The position numbers were made by a program, and so were the translations under genes. A DNA stretch of 63,321 bases, filler included, from Chiloscyllium plagiosum (Eukaryota), in NCBI RefSeq assembly GCF_004010195.1. It is 4 parts of one record of this genome, joined end to end, with 100 filler letters (N's around TTAATTAATTAA, not from the genome) between each part and the next. Parts side by side here need not be neighbours in the genome. Positions count along the whole stretch, not along the records: positions 54,867 to 63,321 come from NC_057714.1; 3 more parts are not named here. The stretch is one strand, 5' to 3'. The notes beneath the pieces were generated by a model. The model was not told the DNA's origin. It did no database searches and saw only the letters and a list, made by a program, of their open reading frames with translations. Positions 61,070 through 63,321 of the stretch are shown in pieces (the first letter of the stretch is position 1; each line of letters opens with the position of its first letter).

Positions 61070-63321
61070 ATCTTTGAGTGCCTCCATTTGTCACTCAACT
61101 CTCAACAATGCATTGGAAATCATGTTTTCTAGACCTGCCACGTGCGCAATTTTCGAATTGAGTGGTTGTAACAACAGGCTCCAGCTAATAATCCCGCATT
61201 TTTGTTCTAACATTTCTCATAAAGACTTCATTGAGTTATGATCAGTGTAAATGGTGTGTCTCTGATACGTTGCTGTTAATATAAACACTGAAATGTTGTC
61301 ATACCAACACAAAGTTCACAGTCTCTTTCTCAACTGTTGAATATTTCTACTAATGAACTTTCAACTTCTTGGAGGAATACCCAGTAAGTGTCTTTGTCTT
61401 CTCGTCATCTTACTGCAGGAGTCCAGCACCAAAATCCACATCATTCGCATTTAAATCCACCTTGAATGGTTTTGCATGATCAAGTATGTCTGATCGTGGG
61501 CAGTAGTTACCATATATTTCAAAGTCTGTCAAATGCCTTCTGACAGTCCTCTGTCCACTGAAACCTCTTGCCTTTCTTTAACAATTCAGTGAGTGGAGCA
61601 GTCACACTGCGAAAATGAGGCAAAAACATTCGATTACATTGACTTAATCCCAGGAACTGCTCCTTTTGTCAACAGAATGCGAAATTCCCGAATTACCGTC
61701 ACTTTTAAATGTCATGGCACCATTTATCTACGTGCAATAGCATGGCCAAGGAAGGTGAATTTTGCTTTGGCAAATTCACTTTTCCCTAAGTTTGCCACTA
61801 AACCTGCCTTCCGAAGTCGATCGAACAAGTCTGATAGATTCTGTAGTATTCCTTCCATGAGTCACTAAAAACCACAAGGTCATCGATGTAAACCACAGGT
61901 TGGATAATCCGGCAATGTATTGGTTAATGCCACAAATGTGGCCGGCACATTTTTCATACCAAATGTAAGTTGCTTGTCCCACATTTCATCACAGTCTTCC
62001 AACCGTGGAACTGGGTATACGTTAACCTATTTAACTGCATTGACGTTACGATAGTCCACACATAATCGTTGGGTACCATTTGGCTTTGGCCCCATGACTA
62101 TGGGTGATTTCCAGTCACTGTAACGCACGTTGATTATGTCATCTTAGAGTTTGCATTCAATCTCCTTCTGAGCCTGTGCTAACTTTATAGAGGATTATGC
62201 TTGTAAAGATGTTGTTTAATCATGACGAAATCTCCTACAGCTACATTATGCACAATTAGGTGAGTACTTCGAAGTTAATATCTGCGTAATTCCACGTGAT
62301 AGTAATAACTCTTTATGATCATTTCAATTTTTCTCATGAAAGCAAATCAATAAATCATCCTAATTTTAGACAAGTACCTGATTGTCCACTTTAATTTGAA
62401 GAATATCCAATTCAGAATCCTTTGAACTTGGCTCTTACTTCTGTGCCGTAATTATTAACACCTTGTTCTCTGACTTTCCTTCCCGATCAAAGTATATTTT
62501 GAGCATGCTCACATGAGATATGCTGTGAGATTTTTTTTTTCGTTCTGGAGTCCCTACCAAGTAGTTATCCTCACTCTATATCCGTTGTATTTGTTAAGGT
62601 CCACAAACCTTACTTTTCAAGGTTCACCTATAACTGAAAGTAACAGTAATACCTTTTCCTCGATCGCAAAATTGCATTTTTTGATTTCCTGTCCGCTTCC
62701 TGCTTTATTGCATGCCGAAGTACTTTTAAATGCTGTCCAGCCAACTGCCCAGCACTATTAATCGTTCCCTAACGTTTGACACCTAGTCCAAATGTGTGGT
62801 CTTTGAATTCTGATTTACTATTTTCTCCTTCATCAATATTAATAGTTCTCTCACTTAATGCCAAAAAAAAATAATTCAAATGGATTGAATTTGCTCTGTT
62901 AATTTGGTGCATCTCTGATCACAAAAAGCGCAAATGGAATTCCCTTACCCTAATCATCTGAATAATCCTGATCTTCAGCCCTCAACATGGTCTTTAATAT
63001 TTAATGTCACCTTTCTAGTGCTCCCTGCAATTTTGGATAGTATGCAGTCGATTTGAATTACTTTATTCCTAAGACATTATAGTGAACAAATTAGATGTGA
63101 GGTCTGAACCTTGACCTCACTATATCTCTGTTGGTAGTCCGTGTCTCGTTTTTAAAAGAGTAATTCCTTTGCAATTCTTTTAGTTGTGATACTGCATCTG
63201 GGGATGGCCTCTGGAAATCTAGTCTATTCATCCATTATTGTTAACAAATACTGGTGCCCACCTTTTTGTTTGAGGTCGGGGACCTAGCCAATCAATTAAG
63301 ACTCTTGTAAAAGGTTCTTCA
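61070..63321 (-). mobile_element. Decayed Ty3/gypsy pol with integrase upstream of RT-RNaseH (Gmr1-like), running off the window end
   Basis: Minus-strand order: integrase EEPFTRVLIDWLGP..HQYLLTIMD..TRFPEAIP, HGLPTEI..GQGS, STAYYPKLQGALER; then RT PKPNGTQRLCVDYR, FGMKNVPATF, VYIDDLVVFS; then RNaseH KPFKVDLNAND..GAGLLQ, HVAGLENMISNALLR. Many stops and frameshifts. Confidence 0.85.

Overview
Eukaryotic (vertebrate) genomic DNA, most likely an elasmobranch shark, judging from HE1/V-SINE-type SINEs and dense CR1 LINEs. The window holds 14 spliced + strand exons of an axonemal dynein heavy chain, best matching DNAH11. Eleven consecutive, phase-compatible exons (2955-34821) run from the linker through AAA1 to the AAA2 Walker A, and two of their introns have GC donors. 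Three AAA6 exons follow (39745-50793). All exons between the AAA2 P-loop and AAA6 are absent, and the break spans one of three artificial 100-nt N/TTAATTAATTAA spacers, so a scaffold misjoin is the most likely cause. The introns are packed with CR1, L2 and L1 fragments and tRNA-derived SINEs. Most notable elements: (i) Penelope-like elements and short palindromic derivatives carrying minimal hammerhead ribozyme motifs, two with clean target-site duplications; (ii) a decayed Ty3/gypsy retrotransposon with the unusual Gmr1-type integrase-before-RT order; (iii) a LINE with no apparent ORF1 whose 5' and 3' ends both recur in a short SINE-like element. No prokaryotic features or CRISPR arrays are supported. 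Repeat boundaries are approximate; exon boundaries were read from splice sites.
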